A stretch of 63,473 bases of DNA, filler included, from Octopus bimaculoides (GCF_001194135.2; 4 parts of 3 records of this genome joined end to end with filler, not necessarily neighbours in it); one strand, 5' to 3'; shown: positions 25,718 to 37,717, counted from the whole stretch's first letter. Notes: generated from the letters alone by a model not told the origin. Translations and numbers: made by a program.

Positions 25718-26564
25718 TGTATATNNNNNNNNNNNNNNNNNNNNNNNNNNNNNNNNNNNNNNNNNNNNNNNNNNNNNNNNNNNNNNNNNNNNNNNNNNNN
25801 NNNNNNNNNNNNNNNNNNNNNNNNNNNNNNNNNNNNNNNNNNNNNNNNNNNNNNNNNNNNNNNNNATATATATGGGAGAATATACAAATAATAACAACAG
25901 ACGAGGACAGGTGGTGTAAATAACAAAAGTATATATTAGTATGAACATATATATTTATACATGTATACATAGATGTACACACTGAAATTGCTGTAGAGAT
26001 GTTTATGTATATGTATACTTAGGTATATACACACGCACACACACATCGCACACGCACTCACACACACAAACATGGACGCATGCACGCACACATATATTAT
26101 TATACAGCTGTTTCGGAATGTTTCTTTATGAGCGATCCTGTATTCTTTAAACCATATTCTTGATACTTTAGAAATTCGTTTCTTTTTTCCATAATATAAT
26201 TCAAAGTGTCCGCGTCAGAAAAAATAATTTTGTTTTTTTGTTTTACTTTTCATTCACCATAGCCTATATTGATATGCACGATATAGTTTCAAATTCTTTG
26301 TGAACTTAATGATTGAGTAATGTTATCCAAAATCTTCATTGATCCATCATAAATTTGTAGATTTCATTTCAAATATGATTAAGCTAATTTAACATTTAAC
26401 TCTATGCTAAATCATGTTTTCCTTTCTTCCTTTCTTTCATTCCTCTGGTTCTATTTCTTTTCCTATACGTTCAATTTTTCCTCTGTTCGTTCTTCTTTTT
26501 TTTTAATTCTTCTTCTTCTTCTTCTTCTTCTGCTTCTCATTATTATTATTATTATTATTTATTA

Positions 26565-28288
26565 CCTTTGCACAGCTTCTAACGCTGGAGATGTACTACA
26601 GTGACAGTTGTTCACAACCAGTGAAATGAGTCCGTCCATACATTTGATTTTACCTCTCTTCAACACTAACACACTACACTTTCTCAGTCCGAGCTCCATT
26701 ATGATATCAGCCCTGAAGGTATACACTTTATCAACAAGGGAACTTACCAGGGTTTCATCTTTACCATAAAGTCTGAGGTCATCTATGAATAACAAATGGC
26801 TGATATTTTGTTGACGGCTTTTGAATACATACCCAGCTTTTGCTTTCCTCAGAAACAGTGTCAGTAGTATCAAGCACTGTACAAAGATCAGTGGGGACAG
26901 GCAGACCCCTTGGAAGATGCCCCTCCTAATTTCTACTGTCCCTAAACTTCTTCCGTATTCTGTCACGTCCGTCCTCCAATTCACCATGTTTTTTCCAAGC
27001 AATCGCTCAACATTCGATGCAATCCCAAACAGGTTCATACACTCCATTATCCAAGAATGTGGGATCATATTGTATGTCTTACGATAGTCGACCCATGACA
27101 TGGCTGAGTCACTTTTCCTCCTTCTGCAGTCTGTGAGTACAGTTTCATCTATCAGGAGTTTATCGTTCGAACCTCTGCACTCTTCTAAGTATGCATGCAA
27201 CTCTTCTGCTCATGTGGCATTTATTTCTTTATAGAATCGCTAGTGATATACTCTGAATAACCTATTATGGTGATAACCCTTCATTATTTGGTCGTATCTT
27301 ACCATCTTTGCTTTCTTTGCAACGAGGCGCTGTTTCAGCTCCTCCACTACTATTTTCAGTCCCTTTCTTTCAATATTATAGTTCCTTTTCAGCGCTCTGT
27401 GTTTTTGTTCGCTTTTAAGCTCTCTTTTCTCGTTTCGGTCTAACACAGAGATTTCCCTGGAAAGCATGTCTAACCCTGCCTGAATTCTCCTTTTCCACCA
27501 GGGATCTTTTCTTTTGTCACTCCCATTATGTTTTGTTGTTTTTTTTTTCCTTAACATCGACACCCACATTTTCTGCTACAACAATACTTGTTGCCTTGAT
27601 CAAATATTTGTTTCTGTGATGGTCTTTGTTCTGATGTATTTCAGATTTTCATTAACATTTGTTTCTTGGTTCAATTTCCATCGATCAATCCTTTTAAGGT
27701 TGCAAATAATATCACTATCTTTCTCCTGTAGTCTTACCTTTTATTCTGTCGTAGATTTCCTTTCGTTTATCTGTCATGTCGCTATTAGTTTTATTGTCTT
27801 CTTTTAGATCTTCTATGTATTTCATCATGAAAACTACCACTACACCTTTCCTGTGCTATGAGATTACTCTTATTAGTAAGAACTGTATTTTCATTCTTAT
27901 CTACACTGCTATAGGCCATGAAACGTTATTTGATAGCTTCGAGCTTTACTTCTGTGAACCAACATTTTTTTTTTCTTATTGCTCTAGCTTGATAACATAG
28001 TCTCTGTTCCGTGAGTTAAAAACAATTCCTTTTCTCTCCAGTGATCATACATACGTTGTTGGTAACCACTAATTTGAGCAGCATTTTCATCTGGCGGGTT
28101 GCTCAGGTAGTAACACTCTATGGCCACAGCATTATTTTGCTTCCTCCATCTACGCCGTGTGTGGTGGTACATTTCTGGATATCCATAGGGGGAAGCAGCC
28201 AGACCAGATGTAGCACTTTCACCATCATTGGCTTCAGTTTCATTACCACCGTTATTTACAGCATTTTGTTTTTTTTCCTTTTAACTCA

Positions 28289-28289
<1 letters not shown>
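26565..28289 (-). mobile_element. R4/Dong-clade retrotransposon, 5' end present, internally deleted, degenerate
   Basis: N-terminal RRRW..NNAVAIECYYLS.P...GYQQRM..HW (27984-28172), then TEQRLC.QARAIRK, then PWWKRRI...YHHNRLF (27240-27569), then RT WVDYRK..MIPHSW...GIFQGVCLSPL...HLLFIDDLRLY...GLRKC (26630-27200). (TAA)n lies on both sides. Confidence 0.93.

Positions 28290-28328
<39 letters not shown>
28290..28328. repeat. (ATT/TAA)13 array separating two R4/Dong elements
   Basis: Direct reading. Confidence 0.97.
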
Positions 28329-28643
28329 GTTCAGTAGTTTTATTTTTATAACGTGCTTTCACTTCGCTACCGAGCGCAGCTCTGTACGCCTTGGGTATGT
28401 GCTGTGGTTTGCTGTGGTGCTCTTATGTTTACTGTATTGAAAGTGTTTTGCGTAGAATGTGTGCAGTACCCAGTAGTGCAATTTTCTGTATGTTATATAT
28501 ATTTGTAAGTCCTGGTGTTTTTGTTATGTATTTGTCTGAATATTTTTTTTATTATACCTAAGGCACCTACTATGATAGGAATTGTTTCTGTTTTTAGACT
28601 CCACATTCGAGTTATCTCTATTTCCAGGTCTTTGTATTTTGAA
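28329..28643 (-). mobile_element. Apparently young R4/Dong-clade retrotransposon 3' end, cut by an assembly gap
   Basis: SKYKDLEIEITRMWSLKTETIPIIVGALGIIKK, one frameshift in an A run, then YSDKYITKTPGLTNIYNIQKIALLGTAHILRKTLSIQ* (stop 28429-31). A ~100-nt 3' UTR ends in (TAA)n. Confidence 0.93.
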
Positions 28644-28743
28644 NNNNNNNNNNNNNNNNNNNNNNNNNNNNNNNNNNNNNNNNNNNNTTAATTAATTAAN
28701 NNNNNNNNNNNNNNNNNNNNNNNNNNNNNNNNNNNNNNNNNNN
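28644..28743. other. Artificial scaffold spacer 44N-TTAATTAATTAA-44N
   Basis: The identical 100-bp structure recurs at 43238-43337 and 57080-57179. Confidence 0.95.
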
Positions 28744-28754
28744 ATATATAAATA

Positions 28755-28785
<31 letters not shown>

Positions 28786-29068
28786 ATATAGGTAAGTGAT
28801 AGGCTTGCCTCGATCCTTCAGGGGTAGTCTGAAGCATCCAAGCAACCAGGGGATGTTTAAATCCGGAGGCACTCCTGGGGATCACCTGTACGGGTACCGT
28901 CTTGGGAAGAGGGCATCCAGAGGCAGGTAATTTACTGCTTAAACCGTAGTTTATAATTATATTTACGTATATATCAATATGCCTGTATGTAAGTATATAT
29001 ATATACGATAATGTACATACACATGTATATGCATATATATTATTTTTGTACATTCATACACGCAGTGG

Positions 29069-29103
<35 letters not shown>

Positions 29104-29425
29104 AGAAAACTTGCTACTGTTTAATGTACTCCGTGGATGAGTATAAAGTACAAGGTAGCGAAACTTCACTTCGAGGTGAGGCTGCGCATAGACCCGGCTA
29201 CACGCCGCTGTTAGACCGCGAGTATTTCTGATGAGTTTCTATAGACCACTCTGAAATAATGGAAGCGATAGGCACAGCGAAGTATGTACGAACAGGACTG
29301 AAACAGACACAGAACATAGGAAATCTCTACAAAATGACAAAAATATCTGACATATTCTGACCATCAAAATCTGTGATATTTAAGATACGCAGAGTGTAAC
29401 GGAACACAAACGAGGTAGGAATATT

Positions 29426-29641
29426 CTTTTATACTCTAGACACAAGGCCTGAAATATTTGGGGTAGGGAGCCAGTCGATTCGATCAACCCCAGTACACAA
29501 CTGGTACTCAATTCATCGACTCTGAAAGAATGAAAGGCAAAATCGACCTCGGCGTATTTTGAACTCAAAACGGAGCGACAGGCGAAATACCGCGAAGCAT
29601 CTCGTCCAGTGTGCTAACGATTCTGCCAGCTCGCCACCTTG
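29426..29641 (-). mobile_element. SINE family A with 14-bp target-site duplication
   Basis: Full-length reverse copy. gaggtaggaatatt occurs at 29412-25 and 29642-55. Confidence 0.92.
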
Positions 29642-30127
29642 GAGGTAGGAATATTACGCTTATACTGAGCAAAGGAACCGAACTTGGTTCACATGAAAAT
29701 GAAGCCAGTTAGGTTGTGATCTTTCCTGAGAGCTGTGTACATCCAGCTTTTAATTACGGCCATTATTTATTACCTGGCGTTACTGGAGAGACACACCTGT
29801 TCCTCGTCATGCTTCGGTGAAGCATGTTCTGGTGGAATTTAAACATCTTAAAGATTATGCCAAGCAGCATAACCAATTTCAATGAATATTTCTGGTGCAT
29901 TTAAAGAACAATTTAACGGCATCAGTGTTATGAGAACCAACAGCAAGTGTCACACTGCGCTTTTGTATGAGGAGGTTAAGGAGTGACAAATAACGTGTTA
30001 ATCAAAGAAAAACCTGAACCGAATTAATGAACGATCTTAATTATTGAACAAATTCTAATCAGATTTTAAAGTTCTTGCATTCCCAAGCCATGTTACTGTA
30101 ACGAAATGATCATTTCTATGATAGGGA

Positions 30128-30270
30128 GAAGGCTTGAAATTTGCGCATGTATGTGTGGTGGGGACCTGGTCGATTATATCGACCCCAGTGGCCAACTCGA
30201 ACTTATTTTATCGGCTCCGAAAAGGAAAAGCAAAGTCGACCTTGATGGCATTTGAACTCAGAACGTGAGT
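30128..30270 (-). mobile_element. SINE family A, partial
   Basis: gtcgattatatcgaccccagtg...aaagtcgacc...tttgaactcagaacgt. Confidence 0.8.
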
Positions 30271-30650
30271 GTAACGTCTTAACAATTTAGGCCACATATT
30301 TCCAGCATGGCTGGTAATGGACTTTAGAAAATTGCAACAAAGCCGTATTTACTGAATCGGAGATGTGATTTTGAGTACATGCGTGCGTGCAAGCTTGTGT
30401 GCGTGCGTGCGTGCGTGCGTGCGTGTGTGTGTGCGTGCGTGCGTGCGTGCGTGTGTGNNNNNNNNNNNNNNNNNNNNNNNNNNNNNNNNNNNNNNNNNNN
30501 NNNNNNNNNNNNNNNNNNNNNNNNNNNNNNNNNNNNNNNNNNNNNNNNNNNNNNNNNNNNNNNNNNNNNNNNNNNNNNNNNNNNNNNNNNNNNNNNNNNN
30601 NNNNNNNNNNNNNNNNNNNNNNNNNNNNNNNNNNNNNNNNNNNNNNNNNN

Positions 30651-30683
<33 letters not shown>

Positions 30684-31266
30684 AGGGAGCGGTATGAGAT
30701 TTCACGAAGAATCTCGAAAACTGACATAGTATAGAATTTAATGAGAACATAAATATAGAAAAGAAACGAGGTTACAGAGTGATTTTAATCACATTTAAAT
30801 GCTTAACATATCTTTCACTAGTTTTATGTCGTCTAAAATACTTCATTTATTAACAATGTATTAATGATTGATTATGGTTAATTATAACCAATTTGCAGTA
30901 GATTATAAGTTTATTTAATTGTTTTGTGCCTTTTCATGTGGACTGTGAAGCTGTGGTGACACTCATGCCGTTTTGATAGATTTTAGGAAGTCCTAACCTT
31001 AAGTATTGAAGACATACTGCTTCCAATAGCTTCTATGCATTCTTTTGTATGAGTACGCATGCGTGCCATATAAGAATTAAAAACTTACCACTTATTTTGA
31101 GAACGAGCAAATTGCTGACAACAACCCGAAACGACCCGCTAAGCATGGATATTTGATCTTTTGCGAAACTGAATTAAACGTGTTTAAATTTCTGGAAATT
31201 TCATCACTGTTTACAACCTCTTTAACAATCTCTAACAATACCACCGTCAAATTATACTTTTGTTAC

Positions 31267-31572
31267 TTGGTTAGGGGCATTTGGCTCACGAACTGAAGTT
31301 CAAGAGTGCAATTCCTGGTTACACATGTCCTTCGGTAAGACGCTTTATTTCACGTTTTTCCTGTCAGCTTGGGCTGGCAAACACGAGCAGTGCCTGTGTT
31401 TCAAAGAACCAGCCTTATCACATTCCCTGTGACGCTGCATCTCCCAAAGAACTACGTCAGTGATACATATGTCTGCGGAGTGCTCAGCCACTTGCATGTT
31501 AATTTCACGAGCAGGCTGTTCCGTTGATCGGATCAACTGGAACGCTCATCGTCGTAACCAACGAAATGCCAG
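31267..31572 (+). mobile_element. tRNA-derived SINE, family D, near full length
   Basis: tRNA-like head ggttaggggcatttggctcacg...gagtgcaattcc. The body is shared with 16292 and 39158. Confidence 0.7.
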
Positions 31573-32384
31573 TTGCCCCTCTCTCTCTCACTTTCCCTCC
31601 GCCTCTCCTCTCTCTCACTTTCACTTTTACTCTCTCTCTCTCTCACTTTCTCTCCCTCTCTCCCTCTCTCCCTTCTCCCTCTCTTTCACTTACTGTCTCT
31701 CGCTCTTTCTCTCAGCAAATTTCAGTGCAATGCGGACATCTTTTCCTAGTAAGCCATTCAGTACATGTGCACCTATCTAATGTCTCTTGTGTAACCTTCT
31801 CGCCACTTTCAAAAGCAGAATATTTCGGGGGCATGTGTTACCCCCATTCTGTCAAGGGATATCTGCCCCAATGGAAGGCTGGTGATGCAATCCTAAATTC
31901 ATTTGATGTCTTCTTCTTTTTCCTTCTACATTTATAATTATTATATTATGTATTTTACGTAATCTGTTTTAAATTCCGGTTTATCAAAATGGTGCTATAC
32001 CTCACTTCCGGGATCGCTACGACTGTTGCCACTTCCATCTCATGTTTTAAGTTAATTATCGCATTTCATCGAATCTATCCCACTGGACATTTTAACACTT
32101 TCATGTTTGCAGCAGGCACTTTTGCGCTTCCTTTGATGCCGGATAATTACAGAATTCGGAGTAAAAGTTTAAATATATATACACATATGTATGTGTATGT
32201 ATGTATATGTGTGCGTATACATCTATATATGTGTGTGTGTGTGCCTTCTATTTCGTTTTCTTTTAATGCATGGTTGATTCCGTTCTTGAAACTGAAGGTC
32301 GACCTACCACGTTCATCAAAGCCAAACGCCACACAGATGTCGAGTAAACTCTATAGTAAGGTAAGTGGGACAGCATCGTATTGG

Positions 32385-32568
32385 CCATCCTCCTCCTCCT
32401 CTTCCCCTCCCCCTCCTCCTCGTTCTTATCCTTATGATCTACCTCCTACTCCACCCCACCTCATCCGCCCCACCTCCTCCAATTCACCTCCACCACCCTA
32501 CTTCCTCCACTCCACCTCCTCCACCCCACCTCCTCCACCCCTNNNNNNNNNNATATAAAAAGTTATTA

Positions 32569-32624
<56 letters not shown>

Positions 32625-32625
32625 G

Positions 32626-32660
<35 letters not shown>

Positions 32661-32792
32661 GTTGTTATTAGATTGACCTCGAGAAAGATGAAAGGCAAAG
32701 ATGACCTCAGCGGGATTTGAAGTCAGGATGTAAAGGGGTGGAACAAATACCACAAGATAATCGCCCGAGCGATTCTGCCAATCCATCGCCTT

Positions 32793-32843
<51 letters not shown>

Positions 32844-32985
32844 CATCACCAGTAACTTTCATGCAACACTTTTGAAATGCCAGCAGTAGTAGTAGTAGTA
32901 GTAACAGCAGCAGCACGAGTCGTATTAGTTGTACTAGTAGCAAATGGTTTCAAATTTTGGCACAAGGCCAGGAATTATGGAGAGG

Positions 32986-33065
<80 letters not shown>
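32385..33065. repeat. Compound trinucleotide microsatellite cluster: CCT-rich, (ATT)n, (ACT)n, (AGT)n, (AAT)n
   Basis: Direct reading. Confidence 0.95.
32670..32790 (-). mobile_element. SINE family A, 5' half
   Basis: gatgaaaggcaaagatgacctcagcgggatttgaagtcag...gattctgcca. Confidence 0.75.
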
Positions 33066-34093
33066 GTCAAGACGAAGAGCGCGATTCGATTGTAATAGAT
33101 ATTTTAGTGGTTGAACGATATTTCAACAGTAAGTCGAGTTCAAAATAAGAAGTGATAAAAATTCATAATTATAGAAATTTAAGTTTCAATTTTATAACAG
33201 GCGGAAAGAGACAGTAAAAAGAAGATAGAAAAATTAGGAAAGAAAAAAAAGAAAAAGGAGAACAGTTTTGTATAAATTTGATGATACTCTCCTATCATCT
33301 TATTTATTCCTCCAGGGCGGGATGTTAACCCGCAAACATATTTCTCCTCATGCATTCTGAGAAGTGAAAGTGAAGCAGATTCAGAATATTTTCTGAGAAT
33401 ATGCACTTTGTAGTCTTTTATCAAAATTGAAGCCGTTTGAAATGGAATGTTCGGCAAGTTCTGTGAACTACTGCTATTGTGCCTGACGTCGAATCTGTGC
33501 CCATTAAACCTTTAGTTTAATTGTTCTGTTGTCCAACCAACATAAACTAAGTTGTTTTTCGTGCATTCTGCCGCGTACAACAAATGGGAAACTCTACATG
33601 TCCCACCTTCTCTATAAATCATAACATTTCTGTTATGATTCCTGATGGAATTCATTTGACTCATGTTGTTGCACAATGAACAAGATGAAAAGCAAAGTCA
33701 AACAGTTGAGCATGTCCCTTACTGGTTGACGATATGTGCATCTCTGTTCCCGAGCAGAAGTAGTGGGGGTGCATCATCGCCATGTGCCGAGTGTAATTCA
33801 TTGGGGCTTGAATTATTCACTTCTGGAAAGTATGGGTGTTTCATTCAACATCCGTAAACAAGCCTTATGCAGGAACCTTTTCAGCGGGATGGGCTACTCG
33901 CCCTAAAGGAAATTCTAAACAGGCCCCACCTACAAAGTCGCGTTTTGTTTATCTTGATACGAGATCACCATGTCGAGCACATATGGTTGTAATGTATGTG
34001 ACTTGTGTACCCTTATCAGACAGTTAGACATGATGCATATATTGGGCTTCATATATTTGTACCCCAATGTCACTTATAATTACAATCCTTTTT

Positions 34094-34221
34094 ACTATAG
34101 GCACAGGGCCTATACATTGACCCCAGTGCTCAAATTATACTTATTTTATCAACCCCCAAAAATGAAAGGCAAAGTGACAGAATTTGAACTCAGTAGACAA
34201 AGAGGGAATACCGCTAGGCAT

Positions 34222-34222
<1 letters not shown>
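34094..34222 (-). mobile_element. SINE family A, partial with deletions
   Basis: ctataggcacagggcc...gaccccagtgctcaa...atgaaaggcaaagt...tttgaactcag...ataccgctaggcattt. Confidence 0.75.
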
Positions 34223-34294
<72 letters not shown>

Positions 34295-34872
34295 GAAGAA
34301 GAAGAAGAAGAAGAAGAANNNNNNNNNNNNNNNNNNNNNNNNNNNNNNNNNNNNNNNNNNNNNNNNNNNNNNNNNNNNNNNNNNNNNNNNNNNNNNNNNN
34401 NNNNNNNNNNNNNNNNNNNNNNNNNNNNNNNNNNNNNNNNNNNNNNNNNNNNNNNNNNNNNNNNNNNNNNNNNNNNNNNNNNNNNNNNNNNNNNNNNNNN
34501 NNNNNNNNNNNNNNNNNNNNNNNNNNNNNNNNNNNNNNNNNNNNNNNNNNNNNNNNNNNNNNNNNNNNNNNNNNNNNNNNNNNNNNNNNNNNNNNNNNNN
34601 NNNNNNNNNNNNNNNNNNNNNNNNNNNNNNNNNNNNNNNNNNNNNNNNNNNNNNNNNNNNNNNNNNNNNNNNNNNNNNNNNNNNNNNNNNNNNNNNNNNN
34701 NNNNNNNNNNNNNNNNNNNNNNNNNNNNNNNNNNNNNNNNNNNNNNNNNNNNNNNNNNNNNNNNNNNNNNNNNNNNNNNNNNNNNNNNNNNNNNNNNNNN
34801 NNNNNNNNNNNNNNNNNNNNNNNNNNNNNNNNNNNNNNNNNNNNNNNNNNNNNNNNNNNNNNNNNATATATA

Positions 34873-34908
<36 letters not shown>

Positions 34909-34968
34909 TATACACCCGTATATCTCTATATAGAAGCATTTATCTAAACTTATCCGCATGATTTTCGG

Positions 34969-35033
<65 letters not shown>

Positions 35034-35142
35034 ATATATATATATGATCGTCCCTTGCAATAAAATGTGCAGAACTATACACGGTGAATTCGCTTTCACA
35101 TAATCCACTATAGTTCTTCCTATCTGTCCTATTATTATTTAG

Positions 35143-35337
35143 GATTCCAATAATTTCTACCTCATATATGATAGATACAATCATACATCGTTGGCCACGT
35201 GAACAGGATCCTGGGTCACGACAGTTACAACCGGATTTACGCTCTTGGAATTGACCACGTGTAATGGTACTCTTCATATTGAGGCCGCAGATATATGATA
35301 ATTTCACAGAACGCCTGTTGAATATTTTCATGTATCT
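35143..35337 (+). other. Exon-like segment (195 nt); the best frame has one TGA
   Basis: Acceptor ttcttcctatctgtcctattattatttag, donor CT/gtgagt. Confidence 0.3.
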
Positions 35338-35738
35338 GTGAGTAGCTGGAAAGTGTTTGTCTAGGGAAACAGTAATCTTTTACCTGTTTTTTGCTTTTTT
35401 ACATTTTAGTTTTTGTGTTTTCGTTTTCATTATTTTCGTTTTCCCGTTTTTTTTTAGCGTTTCTTCTCTTATTCAATGTTTTTAGTTCGTTATGTGAGAT
35501 ATTTCTCCATATATGAAACTATTAATAGCACTTAAAGACATGTATTGTGTCCTTTAAATAAATAAATAAATAATATATATATATACATATAAGCAATCTA
35601 CAGTTAACGAAAAGTAAAATTTGGAATATTTCTTTTTTTTTTGTGTATATTAGTATTTCTTCTCTAGATAAAAATATTTGTCAGAGACACATAGGCTTCG
35701 TATCAATTTGATATTTATTTATTTACGTACCTCTATAT

Positions 35739-35773
<35 letters not shown>

Positions 35774-36624
35774 TTAAGCCAGAATATATTTACGAGCAAA
35801 TGTCTCCTAAAAAAGCTTAAGGCAATATAAAGAAATGTGTTAGGCAGACTGACTAGCCGAAAATTGACTCCAAGCAAATATATTTAAATAAATATGTGAA
35901 TATAAATTAAAATATATGCATAATTTATGATTATTTTATTACATATGTTTATTAACATTAAGACATACATACATACATATATACACATATCCTTACATAA
36001 AATGTATATACATATATAGATATCTATATATGTATATATATATATTATATTATGGAAAATCTAGTTTTTATGCTTGAATGAAAAAGGGCTTTAGTGAAAC
36101 CAATTTCCTTTTAAGCTTATATGGTATTTGCTCTAATTAAACATCATTAATTAGAAATCATTCAAATATTACAAGTTTTTTTTTCCTTACGGAAAACAAA
36201 ATTTGGAATATTTCGTTTTTTGTATATTAGATTTTCTACTCAATAAAAAAAAATATTTGTCGGAAACACATACACTTCAATTTCAATTTGATATATATTT
36301 ATATGTGTATATCTATGCATGTATTTATTGATTTAGTTTTTTGTTTGTTTATTTGTCTATGAAATAAAAAAAAACATGTCAAAATATAGGATGCCATTTT
36401 TTTCTTTTTGGTTCAATGTTATTTATCATTTTAATGTTCAAAGGACAGAATTTGTAACACCTCTCTGAATGGAAATACAGAAAGAGAAAACTAAAATGTA
36501 AATAGTATATATTTTTCTTCTAGCTTATTCTTTACTGATTTCAGCCAGAAGCTGAGGCCATGCTGGAGCACTGCTCTTCGGTGGGTTTGGATTTTGCTTT
36601 TCTGTATTGTTTCCGGTAAAGTAG

Positions 36625-36729
36625 CAAGTTTGACGGAGTTGCACCTCTTTTTACCTCCTTTGGCGATGCGGCTTCATCAGGTATCGCAAATAAAAGTTTG
36701 AACAGACACAACGCAGATCAGGTACTCAG
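36625..36729 (+). other. Candidate exon (105 nt, phase 2-2) KFDGVAPLFTSFGDAASSGIANKSLNRHNADQVLR
   Basis: Strong donor CAG/gtatgt, weak acceptor, open frame. Confidence 0.2.
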
Positions 36730-36801
36730 GTATGTTCGTGCATATAGATGGATATTTCCGAGCTTATAGGTGGGAAATACGAGAGTGTTTATTGATAACC
36801 T

Positions 36802-36893
36802 CAATCGTTTCGACCCATCTAGCATCGATCACTCCCAGGTGAGATACTGCATAACTGGTTCAGGGATCGATGTTAGATGGACCGAGACGGTTG
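36802..36893. ncRNA. Long hairpin, pre-miRNA-like or MITE relic
   Basis: ccatctagcatcgatc (36815-30) pairs with gatcgatgttagatgg (36865-80) with one G-U. An outer 11-bp stem and an inner ccag/ctgg stem extend it. Confidence 0.4.
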
Positions 36894-37024
36894 TAGTGAT
36901 CAATAATAATTCTCAGGTCTTCCATCTTCCGTCTCCCTCATTAATTACAAACCAAACGAACACTAAGACGGGGAACATGCTTTAGCAGTAAACTACCATG
37001 TGTATACCATACGATTTATTAAAC

Positions 37025-37069
<45 letters not shown>

Positions 37070-37682
37070 GTGTAGCTGTGTGGTAAGAAGGTTCCTTCCC
37101 AACCAGGGGGAAGTAGTTATAGACAGCTATTTGATAAACACTACATATGTTTCGATACAACATAGATCCACATATTCACAGAATTTAAATTAAACGACGG
37201 TTTCACCTGTAAAATGGGAACCACGATGAATGGCTAAGCCTAGACTTGGAACTCTACTAGCTATTTGATAATTCTAACGGTGAACAAGCTCTATTTTGTA
37301 TTCTAATATGTTCCTAACGGAATATAATTCAGAATGTATGTGTGTTTGTGTGAGTGTATGTATATATGTATGTCTATATATATATATATGTAACCGAAAA
37401 CAATAATAGTTATAACAAACGCGATGTTATAAAACATTTTATTAAATTATGTTATATCACATTATATAATATTACTTCATATTAAGTTATATATTCGTAG
37501 GAATGTATGTTGCACATACTTTTTTTTATGTAAACATCGTATGAAAGTTACGATCGATAAGACAAAAATAACGACCATTATATTAAATTAAGAAGAAAGA
37601 AGAACACGGTAGAATCTGAAAGCTGACTGTTCAGAAATGATGTGATATACGTGTGTTCAATCTAAGCCTGCAAAGCATATAC

Positions 37683-37717
<35 letters not shown>

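Noticed and set aside
29229-29265. CTGATGAg...actctGAAA hammerhead-like motif
   Set aside because: The putative cleavage triplet would end in G, and stems I and III do not form.
37215-37260. CGATGA...GGAAC hammerhead-like relic
   Set aside because: Both core halves are defective and no consistent stems form.
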